Positions 39,940 to 53,559 of a stretch of 64,000 nt of DNA are shown one piece after another. Source of the DNA: Dipteris shenzhenensis (lineage: Eukaryota); assembly GCA_047967505.1 (NCBI GenBank), contig CM106538.1; one strand, written 5' to 3'. A model generated the notes under the pieces. The model did not search any database. It was not told the DNA's origin and saw only the letters and a list, made by a program, of their open reading frames with translations. Numbering within the stretch: position 1 is the stretch's first letter; the number at the start of each line of letters is the position of its first letter. Position numbers and translations under genes: made by a program.

Positions 39940-41060
39940 ATTTTTTTGGCTCTTCTCCTTCTTTCTTTACCTCCTTTTTTTTCGGCTCTCTTCTTTCATT
40001 CTCTCTCATTATTTATGTCTTTCTCTCTTTCTTTCTTTTCCTTCTCTCTTCTTTGCTCTCTTTATCTCTTTCTCTCTACTCTTTTCCTCTCTTTCTTTCT
40101 CGCTTTCTCTCTTTCTTTCCCTTTTTCTCTCCATCTTTCTTTCCCTCCTTTCTTCTTTCCTCTCTTTCTCTCTTTCTCTCATTCAATTCTCTCCTACTCT
40201 CCTTATTTATTTTGCTCTCTTTCTGCCCTCTTCTCTTTTGCTCCTCCTTCCTTTTCTTTCTCTTCTCCTCCCTCTTCTCTTTTACTCTCTTTTCCTTCCT
40301 CTTCTCTTTTCTCTCTTTCTTTCCCTTGTTCTCTCTTTCCTCTCTTTCTCTCATTCTAAACAGTCTTTTCCTCTCTTTCTTTCTCTCTTTCTCTCCTCTT
40401 CTTATTCTCTTCTCCTTCCTTCTTCCTTCTTCCTTTTCTTTCTTTCTCCCTTCTACTTCTACTTATTCCCTTCTTATTCTCTTCTTCTTTCTCTCCTCTC
40501 TTCCTACTCTTATTTCCTTCTAATTATCTTCTTATTACTCTTTCTTTCCTACCCTTCTATCACTTTTCTTCTTTCTTTTAGCTCTCTCTTTCTTCTCTTT
40601 CACTCCTATCTTTCCTCTCATTCACTCCTCTCTCTCTCTCTCTCTTTCTCACTTTCCTCTTCTTTTTCTCTTCTCTCTTGCTTTCTCCTTCTTTCTTCCT
40701 TCTTCCTTTTCTTTCTTTCTGTCTTCTTCTTCTACTTATTCCCTTCTACTTTATTTCATTCCTCTCATTGCATTTTTTTTGCCTTTCTATATTTTCATCT
40801 TTCCTTTTTTCGTATTTTTTGCGCATCTATCTTTCTGCTTTTCCGTATTTTCATTTTTTCATCTTTTTTTGTTTCCATCTTTTCTCTCATTAGACCCATC
40901 CTCACTTTCTATTCCTTGTTCCTCTCATTCCAAAATTATGCCATCCTCTCTAAAGTATTTATTTATTCATTTTATTTTTCTTCCACATGTAAGTATTTAA
41001 TGTTTTGTTCACTTCTTATTCGATTTTGTGTTTGTGTTTGTTTTATTATTTTTTGTTTGT
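39940..41060 (+). repeat. ~1.1-kb polypyrimidine (CT-rich) tract upstream of the CACTA second ORF
   Basis: Almost pure C/T, ending before the acceptor-like TTAG|ACATG at ~41084. Confidence 0.9.
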
Positions 41061-44000
41061 GTTTCTCCAATCCCATTACATTAGACATGTTGCCACGACT
41101 CCCGAAGAGCATACTTCCGTGAGACTCCTTGTAGGAGGAGAGCTCATGGACTGTAATCTCTAGAGGACTTCGATTCCACTCAGTCGACTCCTCACGGGAC
41201 TACCACTCGGGCGACTCCTTAGGGGCCACCTAATAATTCCAAAGTCGGGGCCAACCATCCACTGTCAAGACCCAACATACAAGCTAATGAGTGCAATACT
41301 TTGGCAGATTTGCCATTTTGAACTTTAGTACTTTTGCCATTTTGTAGTGCATATCATTTTGTAGACCTTTTTTGTTACATTGTAACATGATTTTGTAGGC
41401 CTCTTTTGTAACATTCTATCATGATTCTAATCCAAAAAAAAATTGTGGGGCAGGATGGGGTTGAGACAACCCTCATCCATCCCCACAAATTTTCTTTTAA
41501 AATCTATCAAAGCGTCGGTATATACCAATGCCTATACCAACACTGCAGTGTCGGTATATACTTGTTGATGCCCATCTTGACGATGATACCGATGCTTTCT
41601 TTGTGATGCACACACCGACCGATATTCTGACACTTTTCACTTGTTTTTTAAAAAAAATCTTTGTATTTTGCGTTGATATTGACGTCGAAAAGTGACGGGT
41701 GTCTTGTAGTGCCTCTTTTCCTCTCTTTATCTCTCTTTCCCTCTCTCTATTTCCTTTCTCTCTCTCTCTCTTTCCCTCTCTAACATCCTATAGTCAGCTA
41801 GGGCGAGGAGATTTTGACCAGCCAAGGGGGGCAAGGCAATCATCTAGTCCGAATGAGTGATACCAAATGAAGGAAACTCACCAATAAGTGGATAGATGGA
41901 ATCGATAGCTAAACAGGGCGGTGGGAGTGAGGGCAAGACCCTTTTATAACCTATCACTAGCGACACCAAACGGTACCTCGACCAACCGTGCAGTGTCTCA
42001 TCAGCCATGATGGCAAATCCTAGCAAATTGGACGATCCTTGATGCCATGCATGGTGCCCTAAAAAGCACTGTATGTAAAATTTAGTTCTCGTTATCATTG
42101 TAGCATTGCAATTCAAGTGCTTACATAATGATTATTGTTTGGATTAGATAATTGTTTTCACTTTTTCTTTTATATGTATGGTTAGTTCTTGTCGTCATAG
42201 CATAGCCACTGGAGTGCTTACGTAATGATTGTTGTGGATTATATCATTACTTCCACTTTCCTCATAAGTGACATGTTCCTTTCTTATATATGTGACTATA
42301 TTCGTCGTACCATAACTTTTGTATGAGATCATGTCATCCTACCTCATGGTTGTCATAGCTTTGGTGGATAAGAGGGGAGGCATATCATGTCTATGTAAGG
42401 GGCCTTAAAGACTCCCTATTCCCACTTTAGCCTTCTAAAAAAAATCACGTAAAATGATGGTTTGCATGTATGACGTAGACAATGAATACTTCCAATGAGA
42501 ATTTAACCTAATTCCAAGAGTTGATAGCATAACTTCTCTCGCTTATGTATTTGTAAGATAAAACACTCATATCTTTAGAGTTAACTATTTGAAGCCATGC
42601 ATGGCATGTCTTTAAGGCCAAAACAGCTAATTGAAGTGAAAGGTGAATTTTCTAAGACTCACTTTCCTAGAAAAGGACCAAAAGTAGGATGATGACGAAG
42701 AGATACAAGGGTGCTAGATACAAGGGACCGGGGGACGTGACAATCAAGCTGTGTGATCAAGATATGCACATGCCCCCCTTGCGTCTCTTTTTGTCGTACT
42801 CCAGCCACCATGTTCGCGAATTGCGGTTCCGTTCACTTTTTTTGTATGTCGAGAGTCGGTGGCCGCAAGCTTGCAAAGTCTGTCACCTGTGTGAGTAGAA
42901 GATCAAGAGGTCGCTCGTTCCACGGCTTTTCGTGGCGTGGCACTGATAGGAACGGAATGTGACATTCCGACGAGACCCGTATGCGACTATGCGTCTGGGA
43001 GTGGTTGAAAGGCATGCAACCAAAATTCGAGTAGCTGATATTGCGTTGCTGGCGAGCATGGGTATCGTAGTAGAAGTGGCTTTTTAGTTAACGTGCAGGT
43101 GAGCAATTATTTATGCAACCCGATGGACAGGGCTGAGGTTTGCATCACGACCGAATGGCTTTGAAGTCTCCGGCTGTGAGAGACAGATTTCACAAAAAGT
43201 GCGCCACCTCCGCCGAGCTGCGTACGTCTAGCGTCCACAATCCAGACTAAAATTTCACTTTGGTTTGGGGAATTTCACTGGGAAAGCTTGCTGGATGTCA
43301 CGTCTGTGCATGGTTATACTCTTGTCTGTCTGAAGTACTTCTTGATTGGTTTCAACTTTCAGCGTCCTAGCTGCAGTACGCAACCACGGGATTACAAAGA
43401 CGTCTCTGCACCTTGTTCATGATTCTTGAATCGTCGCTCCACTTTGGCTACCAAGCTTTATTGTGACAACTAAAAAGTCTAAAATTAGAACTCATTCCTA
43501 AATTACAACCCATTGTTCTAGAACTAGTTTAATGGCCAAAACCTGCCTACGATGCCAGAAATGCGGGTTTGGTTGAACCAACCCACTAGAACCGGGGAGA
43601 GTCATTAATGCATCCTGTGGACCAGTTGATGACCTGCATTATTGCAAAGCAAATTTTGTTGGCTTGGCACAGGCTTTGGTTGTTGGAGAAGCATTGAAGA
43701 CAATGGTCAGAGCCAAATGGCAATCTCCTATTGGTTGGATACGAAATGGAGCACAATTGTTCCAATTTGCTACCTCGGTGCCAATTCGAGCATTATTGGC
43801 ACTCCATCCTTGCGTCGAAATTCGAGCCAGCTCCATGAGTGGTGCATTATTTCCCTCATTTGCATTATCTCTTATTCCTAGAAATTTGAAGTATACATAT
43901 TGACACCATGGCACACTGGCACGATGTTGAAAAAATGAAAATTTCTATCAATTGGTTGTGGGGAAAAGAAGAGGGGTAAAAAAGAAGGTGTGGCATCCTT

Positions 44001-46379
44001 CACACTAACCTTAGGTTGAAGCATTTTTCTTTGATGTTAATATATTATTGACAATTCTCTTTTGTTTACACCCATTGACATATGAGGTGCACTCTTGAAA
44101 CCTAGTTCTCTTGATGATAGATTAAAATGGACATCTTGCTAGCCAGAGCTTTTAGCTAGAGCTTTAACTTTCAAAACAAAGTACTTCTGTGATCTTTCAA
44201 AAATTAGCAAAAGAAACCCAATTACTATTGCATGTAATGTGAATAACATTGCTACAAATTAGAATATTAATTTTTAAATATAAAAAATTGGAACTTTTTG
44301 TGTTGATTTCAAAAAGATGGTCATAGAGGATGACCATTGTTTAAATATATATATAAAAGAAAGTTTTTAAATGAATTTGAATATCTACTCTTGGAAAGCT
44401 AAAATATATAGTATAAAAAATGTCATTTTTTAAATTAAAATTATTTTCAATGACTTTTATCATTCTTCTCCTTTCCACCTAGCTAGAAAATGGTACTCAC
44501 GGAACTTGAAGGTGGATGCTAAGAAGAACTCTCATAGCATCCAAGCCAAAAATATAATACGAACACAAAACGAATCTCATCTCTCGGCTTTCCATATTGA
44601 TGTATACCTACTTGCTTGATCTTTTAAATATTATTTCAACTTGGACACTTAAAGATGAAAAGCTAGTTCTTTGCTAAACTATCATAGCTTTTGAGTTATC
44701 TTAGTTTATTGCTTGTGTGTGACAAATATGAATTTAATTTAAGAACTACATCGTCTCTACTCACCATTCTACATATATTACTTTCTCCATTCAGACCTAG
44801 AATCTGCCTCCTATCATCTCAACATTTACTTAGGCCGTATATAGCCCTCTCACCCTAACCTACTACAACTCCAACTCTTTGAGATTCAAAGCATAATAAT
44901 TAGCAAGTGTCAAAATCTTATGGTCACCATGAGAGCTTTGTCATCACTTGGGTCTTCAAAAAATTTGTTGAAGGGAAGTTTGCAACTGAAGTACCTCAAT
45001 GTCCCACCATGTGTAATCCCCTCACCTTAAAAAATTGTCCCAAATGACTAATTAGAGCCAAAGAAACCTTGTAGATTCTAACATTTTCAAAAGCATCATG
45101 CACTTCACCTTTAAAAAGTTTGAGTGGTGCTGATTAAAGAACTAAATAAGGCTCATGAATCCTCTAGGAATCAATCTTAAGCCAAGAATCAAAGGGAGAC
45201 AAGTTGTATGTTAGAATTTCATGCCACCACTAGTTAAAGCAAGAAAGTCTAATGTCTTTATCCTACAAAAAATGATTTCTTGAAGGTGACAAAAGATGAG
45301 GCCATTTTGAATGACAATAAAATAGCTTACATGATGGCAGGCCCATCCACAATACATCCTACAACAATAGGCTAGCTCTAATGTGAGCCAGAATATACTT
45401 TGCTAAAGGTGTATTTGTCCTATGATGATATAACTCCCAAGGAGACTTTGGTCCAAGGATAAGAGAAAAATGTGATATACTCTACCAAGATATGATAAAC
45501 AAACCTTCAGCACAATGCAATAGTTCTTACAATATTTGGTAGCGAAAGCATGGCCATCCTTCTCTCTTATGATCTAAATGCCATACCTACAATTATCATT
45601 TTCCAAACCCTTTTTGATTTTGTAAATTGAGCCCTTCTTTCATCGATTTTGAGTCTTGATGTATCATTAATTTGTGTTGTCTAACATGCCATGGTGAAAA
45701 TATTTAGAAAAATCATTAACAAGACACTCCAAAAGCTATTTACATAAATTGAAAGGTTGAGTAGTTTGTCAACATTGTAAAAATGCCTAAAATCTTGGTA
45801 AAATATGGTTTGACATATTGTTAACTTATTCCAATTGAAGGTTCCTTGGCAAAGTATATCACTGCTCATTTCCTTTTGGAGGTGAAAACCTCAATCTTTC
45901 CAATCCTATCTCAAAGATTAGATTAGGATGGGAGATAATCCAATCTTGGGATCAAATTGGAGTGCCAAATTGAGATGTACTTGAAAATTTAAGCTCTTCT
46001 CTTATGGAGTTTATCTTGCTACCCAATGTAGGTTTATTGGTGACTCTACAGCTTATCCAAGACCTACAAAGGCACCTCATGGTACCTCAAAACTAGAGCT
46101 GGCATAAGATTATAAAGGTGCTACTTTTTCATGATTTGGGTTAGGCCACCTCAAAACTATACTTCCAATTGATCCCAAGGATCTAATTAGGCTATAAAGT
46201 AAGGTAAAGTCTATATTTAAACCTTTTTAATTGTACACCCTGATTTGATCCCGAGGATTGTGACTTGGAGTGTAAGAGTGAGGTTTATCTTAATTGTCTT
46301 AGATGATATATATCACAAGCCTTTCTCTCTCTATCACAAACAACACAATCCATCAATAGACGTGCATACAAACGTGTTT

Positions 46380-48870
46380 CTTGAATTAAAAAAAAAGGTA
46401 ATGGGCGCATCTATTGATACATCTACAGACCCGTGTCTATAGGTGCATCTATATAATAGATAGATGAGCCTATAGATACGCTATTTGACGCTTTGTAGGA
46501 AAAAAAAAAAGACAAACACGCTGCAGACTTTAAAAAAAAAAAAATTTTGTGTGGTTGAACAAAATGATGTGTATGCTATGTGGTTGCAGGAATCCCATTT
46601 CTATAGTGTGCAATTCAATTCTTACATGCAGCCGCATTTTAATTTGCACGATTCCATGCTTGTCTATAGCCGATGATTACAATTCTGAATAAAACATTAC
46701 AACTCCAAAACATTAAGTTCACAAGGCATTCATTGATAGAACATTGCACAAGAAATTAAATGCCAAAAAAGTGAGAGGAGTGTATATTAATTCATAGTCC
46801 AAAAAGTGCTTGTATATATACATATAGCACGAAGCCAAGCCACCTATGGCTTCAAGTATAAAAAATAAGAGGAGTGTATATACCAGAGAGGCACGAAGCC
46901 AAGCCAATGGCTTCAAGTACAAAAAAGAGTAGCTAGTACTAATTCTAGCACTACTTCTATGACTAATCTAAGTCATCTGCATCCTCACTCCCTTCTTCAT
47001 CACCTTCTTCCTCCTCATTATCCTCACCTTCTTCCTCCTAAATATCCCCAGGGGCCTGTAAATGAGGGACCAAATTTTTATTTACAATTATATTGACATT
47101 ATTTAAGTACTTTTAAATACCTGGGGGGGGTGCTCCAGTAGCTCGGATATACTACTCCTTAGTAATCAACCCCTCATCATAGAAGTGCCTCCATGTATGT
47201 CGTCTGCAATGTCCACGATAGTAGGCTGTCTCGACAGGAGTAGGGTATCTGCCCATGATATCAAGCTACAAGATGGCACAATATGTGGAGGGGTCGGCAC
47301 AAAGAGACAACCTCCTAATAAACCACATAAAGATAATATAATTTGAGATCAATACTTATAAATTGGGCCTCCCATGATGTAATACTCCCTACTCGAAAAT
47401 GCATGTTCCCATATTGCTCCATCTGGATCCTTCGTGCCTCCACATGCTGCAGATTGGGGTCCACCTTTATTGCCTTCATCACTTTCTTCCACTCATGCTT
47501 ATGAGCGGTGTGGGGCTAGTCCCTTGGTGGTTGAACTCCCTCTCTCCTGGAAATCTCAGCTAGTGCCTGCCTCTTAAGCAAAGATCTCTTATTGGGGCAA
47601 GGATAATGATAATCTTTGACTTTGCCCATTTCTCTATGAACTCAACATTGGAGGGATTGGGATACCTAGAGTGTATAGAATTGATGGTATCATTAGCTAA
47701 ACTTTTTTTCTACTGTTTGAATGGAATAAAGCAATCTTTGTAGTTGTTAGCAACTACAGAGCGCATGAAGGCCATGATGTCCTTCCCCCATGCATCCATC
47801 AAGATGCCGCCCGTCACAGTGATGTCATAAAAGATTACCATCACCCTCTCACGTCTGCATCATCTGAATCCTCCTCACCCCCACACCCCCAAAGCACTGT
47901 GCCATGCATCCCACAAAGCTCTCCCTGCCACTACGACTACTGCCCTATCATGACAAGCTAGTAGGATGGGCACTCACCTCTGGAGAAGGGACTTCTTATT
48001 GCACGAGAGTACATTGGTGGCTCTGTGAGGTAGAAGGGCCTCCTGACCATAGGGGAGAAGGGACTCTAAACCATAGGGGAGAAGGGACTCTTGATGATCA
48101 GGGAGAAGGATGGTGGCTCTGCCACTTGTTGGGCTGTCTCGACTCCACAGGAGTAATCTCAACTGGTGTGGGTGTGGGGTGGTTTTTGGAGTTTGTATTG
48201 CCAACTCATGGGGAGTGCTTGTCATGTATGTGTATGGATCCTGTGGACTGGGAGGGTCCCCAAAATGTTATGTAATTACTGTGGTAAGGCATCCCGAGGA
48301 TCAAGCAAGGCTCCTGAAGAACTTCTTGGCCACATGATGAACTGCAAAAAAGAAGAGAAGAAGATTTCCATCATACATGCCCTCTTTCCATATGCATATA
48401 TTAAAAGAATTATGCCAATTTTCCAATTTTTATCATGCATGCCCTCTTTCCATATGCATATATAAAAGAGTTATGCCAATTTCCCAATTTCCCTCATGCA
48501 ATCCCATGATTTCCATCATGCATGCCCTCTTTCTTTATCCCTCCCTCATGCTGCAGTCCAATTTCCATCATGCAATCCCTTATTTCCATCATTCATGCAA
48601 TCCCTTATTTCCTCATGAATGCTTAAGGCATCGAAAATACGACTTAAACATGCATGCAAGGGAAAGGAGAAAGGAGAGATTAATAAAGAGAAGAGAAAGA
48701 GAAGGAAGAATGGAAGGAGAAGGGGGATAAGGAGAAGGAAGAATGGATTAAGGAGAAGGGAGATGGGAAGGGGAAGGGGAAGGGGAAGGAGAAGGAGAAG
48801 GGGAAGGAGAAGGAGAAGCAGAAGTAGAAGTAGAAGCAAAGGTTGGTGCTGCATGCAGAACTATACTGTC
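46380..48870 (-). mobile_element. Diverged CACTA-related relic: second-ORF (TnpA/Ptta-like) remnant with purine-rich tract
   Basis: The minus strand at ~47650-47830 reads YDITVTGGILMDAWGKDIMAFMRSVVANNY..SRYPNP, resembling YQITTTGEII..MATMRRLMSHHF..QKYPNP at 61130-61310. CTATAG/CATCTAT palindromic repeats lie at ~46405-46480. Confidence 0.5.
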
Positions 48871-49155
48871 GGAGCATGTGACTTGTAGACGTGGCTACAT
48901 AGTTTATCAAAACTTTTGACGCACTGTTAGATGCACTTCGACAGACAAATCTAAACAAAAAGCTGACAGTGATAGACACCCGACCACAAAAAGAACAAAA
49001 GTACCCAAAAACATTCTTTTTGCATGCGACAAGGACGAATCTGAAGACAACAACTTTCAAAGTGTACAAGAAGCATCATAGATTGAGAGAGAAGACCAAC
49101 TGACAAGAGAATTACCTTGGATAGAGGTATGAAAAGCTTCTTGTCTTTCTTCAAA

Positions 49156-52100
49156 CACTACAAGGCATAGGCCATTTTCCAACGAAAATAGCGACCTTTT
49201 TTACACAAAAGTTTTTTTTGACAGGTACAAAGGTCGGTATTTATGTTGCTATTAGCATCGAAAAAGAAATGTCGCTATATAAGCGTCGCTATATAGAGAC
49301 TCTAGTAAATGTCACTATATAGTGACACTGGTAAAGCATCGCTATATAGCGACGCTTAATAGAAACTTAAAAAAAACATTAGTGGGGCTAAATAGGGCCA
49401 TAGCAAGTCCTATTTTTGGGCCACTAATGTTTTTTTTATAGTAATTACAAATAAATGTTTACAAGCACACGAGCGAGATCAAACTCTCAAACCTTGTTTG
49501 TTACAAAATTTCCCTTGTGAAAGGAGTGATACAAAATCACTCAAACGAGCCGAGAGACAGAAGCAGATACATGCCGAAGATATACAACATTTTTTATTAC
49601 AAAATTTCCCTTTCAAAAAGGATGATACAAAATCGCTCAAACGAGCTGACATACAAAAGCATATACATGTCAAAATATATACAAACTACTACTAATGCTA
49701 CTACTACTACTGCTCATCTGAATCATCATCGCGGTCCTTGTCATCATCGTGGTTGCGTTGGCGTGATCCCTAGCCCTCGTGTGCTATGCCTGATCCCTAG
49801 CCCTCGTCAAAGTTGTGTAAGCCAAATCCCTCGTCATCACCGCTCACCTTCGCTGATGGGACGTTCGAGCTTGTACCCTAAGAGTGAAACCATATTAATT
49901 GGAAATTCGATTGGGACTTAAAGAATAAAACAATTTAAAAAGTGAGATTACAAGTAGGAGTAGACTTATATCGTGCAAGCAGCCACCTGGGCCCAATCGA
50001 ATGTCGCTCCCATGGCCTCCATCTCAATAAACCATGGCTTTGCTCCTATGTAAAACGTGCGTCTCACCTCTTTGTCTATGGGAAGGCGACCCATTGTAGC
50101 TTGTTGTGGGCCCAATTTACGAGAGTTAAATGAAGTCCATGAAATATGTAATAAAACAAATAGAACAATAAATTAAATGAGAAGAAGTGGACTTACCACC
50201 CATGCCACGAACACCAATCGTCTGCCTGCACCAAAGTGCGAAGTACCTATGGAGTCCAGCCATTTGTTTGCAACCCTCCTCTGACTCTCAAACTTTTTGG
50301 GATGGTCCCTGTACTCCTTTAAAAACTTCTAGTCAGCTTTGTTTGCCCAGCCGCCTTCCCCTTTGCGATGGAAGTATGCAAGGTTGACCTATGATGCTTC
50401 AAGACAGAACACATGCGTTCTCGCATGTAATCCTCATTGAACTCCCAATTTGGGGGATTAGGGTATTGTATTTTCAATTCATCGATGACTGCCTTCTTCT
50501 TTTTATCATCCTAGTACCGCCAGTCAGCTATGTTGCTCTTGAAGTGGTGGCTCATCAACCGCATCATCTGAGCCCTTTTTATTTTCTATTATCTCTCCAG
50601 CCCAAGTGATTTCATAGTACAGGTCCTCGGCAAGAAAGGAGGAGTCATGGGAGTGGTAGAGCTAGAGTGAGGGGTGTTACTGAGCACTTATGGAGCGAGG
50701 AGTAGCAGAGGGAGTGGGAGAGGGCAAGGGACTTGTGGGTCTCATGACCAAGTGGAGATGTGTAGGGATGTGAGTGTGCTGACTCATCTACATCTCCCGA
50801 GTCAGCACAACAGCCTCGACCCTTCCTACTCTTCCTTCCCTTTCGATGGGTATGCCTAGGTGATGACCCCTTGGTCGAAGGGGCTAGAGGGGATGGCAGT
50901 CTAGCCGTTGGTGTAGGAGAGGGAAGAGTTGAGGTCCTTTGGGGTAGTAGAGAGAAGAATCTTGCTGCCTCCGCATCTGTCATCTATGCGACAAACTCGT
51001 CAGGACCCCTGGTGAAGCCATGGGCTACTAGCAAAGGAGTTCCCTGAGGGGTAGTCGTAGTGCTAGGCCCCTGAGGAGTCAGGCCAATTGCAGGGGTAGG
51101 CCCTTGAGGAGTCATCTGAGTGGAATTAAAGTCCTCTGGAGAGTAGAGGGTTTTTGTACTCATCGGACGTGCGACGTGATCCAATGTCTAATTTGGGGGG
51201 ATTGGACAAACGTAGACACAAACACAAAAACAAAAACAAATACAAGAGTGTGTAAGAAGCGAAAAGACAATTAATTACTTAAGACAATTATGAAATTCAA
51301 ACTCAAGAAATTATGAAAAGATAATTAATCACTTGTGAAAATTATGAAATGACATCAATTATGAAATGACATCAATTATGAAAGGACAATTATTTACTTA
51401 AGACAATTATGAAAAGCCAGTTTTAAAATATTTATGAAAGACAAGTGGAATCCAAGAAGGTTTTCATATATAAAAAATATCGCCAAAAATACTATTGTTA
51501 AACAAGAGTTCTCATGTACAAAAAGAGAGCGCAAAATATGTCTCCAAAAGTATGCTTAAGCAAAATTTGTCTCCAAAGAGACATTCTCCAAAAATGCCAA
51601 AATAGTGGAGGAGGTCTACTGCTCTGCATTACTGTTCGAGGTACTTTCCTCCTCCGAGCCGCTAGGCGAGTCACTGGGGACCTCATCCTCCACTTCTTCT
51701 AATATGCAGTCATGCTCTTTAGGGATTATGTATAGGCAATCCACGAAGGCCTCCACACAACCCATTATGTCCTTTATACAATCATCTTTGGTGCTCTAGT
51801 GGTCGTGCAGTCTCTCCAAAACCTACGGAGATCCCGTAGGTTATGTAGTGCATTCCTCAGTCACCTTTTCTCCACTACCCTTCAGCTTGAACCCCACCCG
51901 CATGCATGCACTTGGATGTTGTACTTCACCCAGTCGATATCTTGCGCAATATTCTCTTTTACATGAGCTACTATGTTTATAATCCATGCAACATGGGGAA
52001 CCAGGTTGGGGTTTTGGGAGGACAGTCGTGGGTGAGGGCGTGGTTGTTCCATTTAGAATTTGTTTGAAAAATAAAAGAATGAAATACAGCTAAGGAGCAA

Positions 52101-52330
52101 AAGAAAAAAGAACCGAATAGGGCTAAGGAGAAAAGAGAGAAATGAGAGGGGGAAATAAGAAAAGAGAGGGAAAAAGAGAGAGGGGAAAAGAGAGGTAATG
52201 CATATGCGCATGAAAAGAGTGAAAAATAGATGAAAGAGAGGGGAAAAGAAGAGAAGGGCACGATTGAAAGAGAGGAAGAGAGGGAAAAAGAGACAGGGGA
52301 AAAGAGAGGAATGCATATGCGTATGTATGG
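49156..52330 (-). mobile_element. Truncated CACTA copy, inverted relative to 55549-62569
   Basis: It begins CACTACAAGGCATAGGCC, the reverse complement of the 62569 end, and has GTCGCTATATAGCGAC-type subterminal repeats. Segment 49156-51260 is homologous to 60440-62569. Confidence 0.9.
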
Positions 52331-53559
52331 GTACAGCATTGCACAATGTCTCAATGACCATGATTGGAAACCCTAAAAATTTGGACGGTCCTTAATGCCA
52401 TGTGTGGCACCCTAAAAATCAGTGCATGGTATGGGTGAGGTACTATGCAGTGTGCTCCATACCACACAGTGTGATGCTACACCATACAGTATAAGAAGGG
52501 ATATACTGTACGGTAACCGATCAAATTGCATGGTATATTCCCGATCGACATGTTAGCCTTGACTGATGGAAAAAAATACATTTTTTTACATGTAGGGCAT
52601 CAAGATACATGTTTTAATAAAAAATTACGTATTGTATTTTAAAAAATATACTTTTTAAATCCTTATTTTTAGGGTATTAAGATTGTGAGGGAGCTCAAGA
52701 AATCGGAATCCATTCTTGCTTAGAGTATCAAGATTGAAATAATTCACAAGATTTCTTCCATTTTTCTAACCCAAAGAGTAGTAATTGGCTCACCATCATA
52801 GTTAAGATGCTTATTTGAGTACATTATGGCACAAGAGGTATGGTCATAAAAATTTTAAAAGTCTTGTATCCCTCAAGAAGTTAAACATGGTATAGTGGAT
52901 TGTACAAATCCTGTACGAATGTACTTTCAAAAAGATGTATATGATCCTTTTTGTATGAGACACAAAAAACCCTTTTTAAATCTTTATCCTTAATCAAAGA
53001 TATCCTTAAAATTGTGCATTTTGACCTATAGGGTTCAGTTCGACATCCACATAGTCTCTTGGCAAGACATTGTAATTTATCACCCTCATAGATGACCAAA
53101 TCCAAAGAGTTCGATCTAATTTTTAAAAGAGAAGTTTGATTTACTCAACATCTTTAAAGATTTCTAGGCATTATGATATGAAACATCAATTCACATGTAG
53201 ATAAAATCCAAGAGTAGAATGGATTATCTGAGGCCAGGGGGTTCACCAAGAAATGTGCAAGTAAACAATGTGGGTTCAAATGGAGGGTTTTTTAATTAGG
53301 TAAATTTACAACAATTTATTTACATATAATTTAATTGAACTTTGAGAAAATTTTGTAAGTTTGTATAGAAAAACAGGTATTTTTATCAAAGCAAAATTCA
53401 CAAGGAGTTTTTAAAATACCCCTTGAATGCATGTCGTTTCTTAATAGTGCACACCCTAGGTGTCTAAGCATATGATCATACTTGATTCAAGCATGTAAAT
53501 GCTTTATGAGAATAATATTCCAAGATAGTATTAGGCCAAAACATATGACATAGATATGT

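Larger units (their letters stand above)
34160..41711 (-). mobile_element. CACTA element (right TIR ..TTGTAGTG at 41711; left end lost)
   Basis: It has TCGGTATATACCGA-type subterminal palindromes at ~34200, ~39135 and ~41520. A transposase pseudogene lies on the minus strand and a second-ORF remnant on the plus strand (41085-41280). Confidence 0.8.

Noticed and set aside
43560-43930. ORFs with a faint SWIM-finger-like resemblance
   Set aside because: The Cys/His pattern is incomplete and cannot be supported without a search.
44700-46200. Possible further LINE remnant
   Set aside because: Too degenerate; no clear endonuclease or RT motif.
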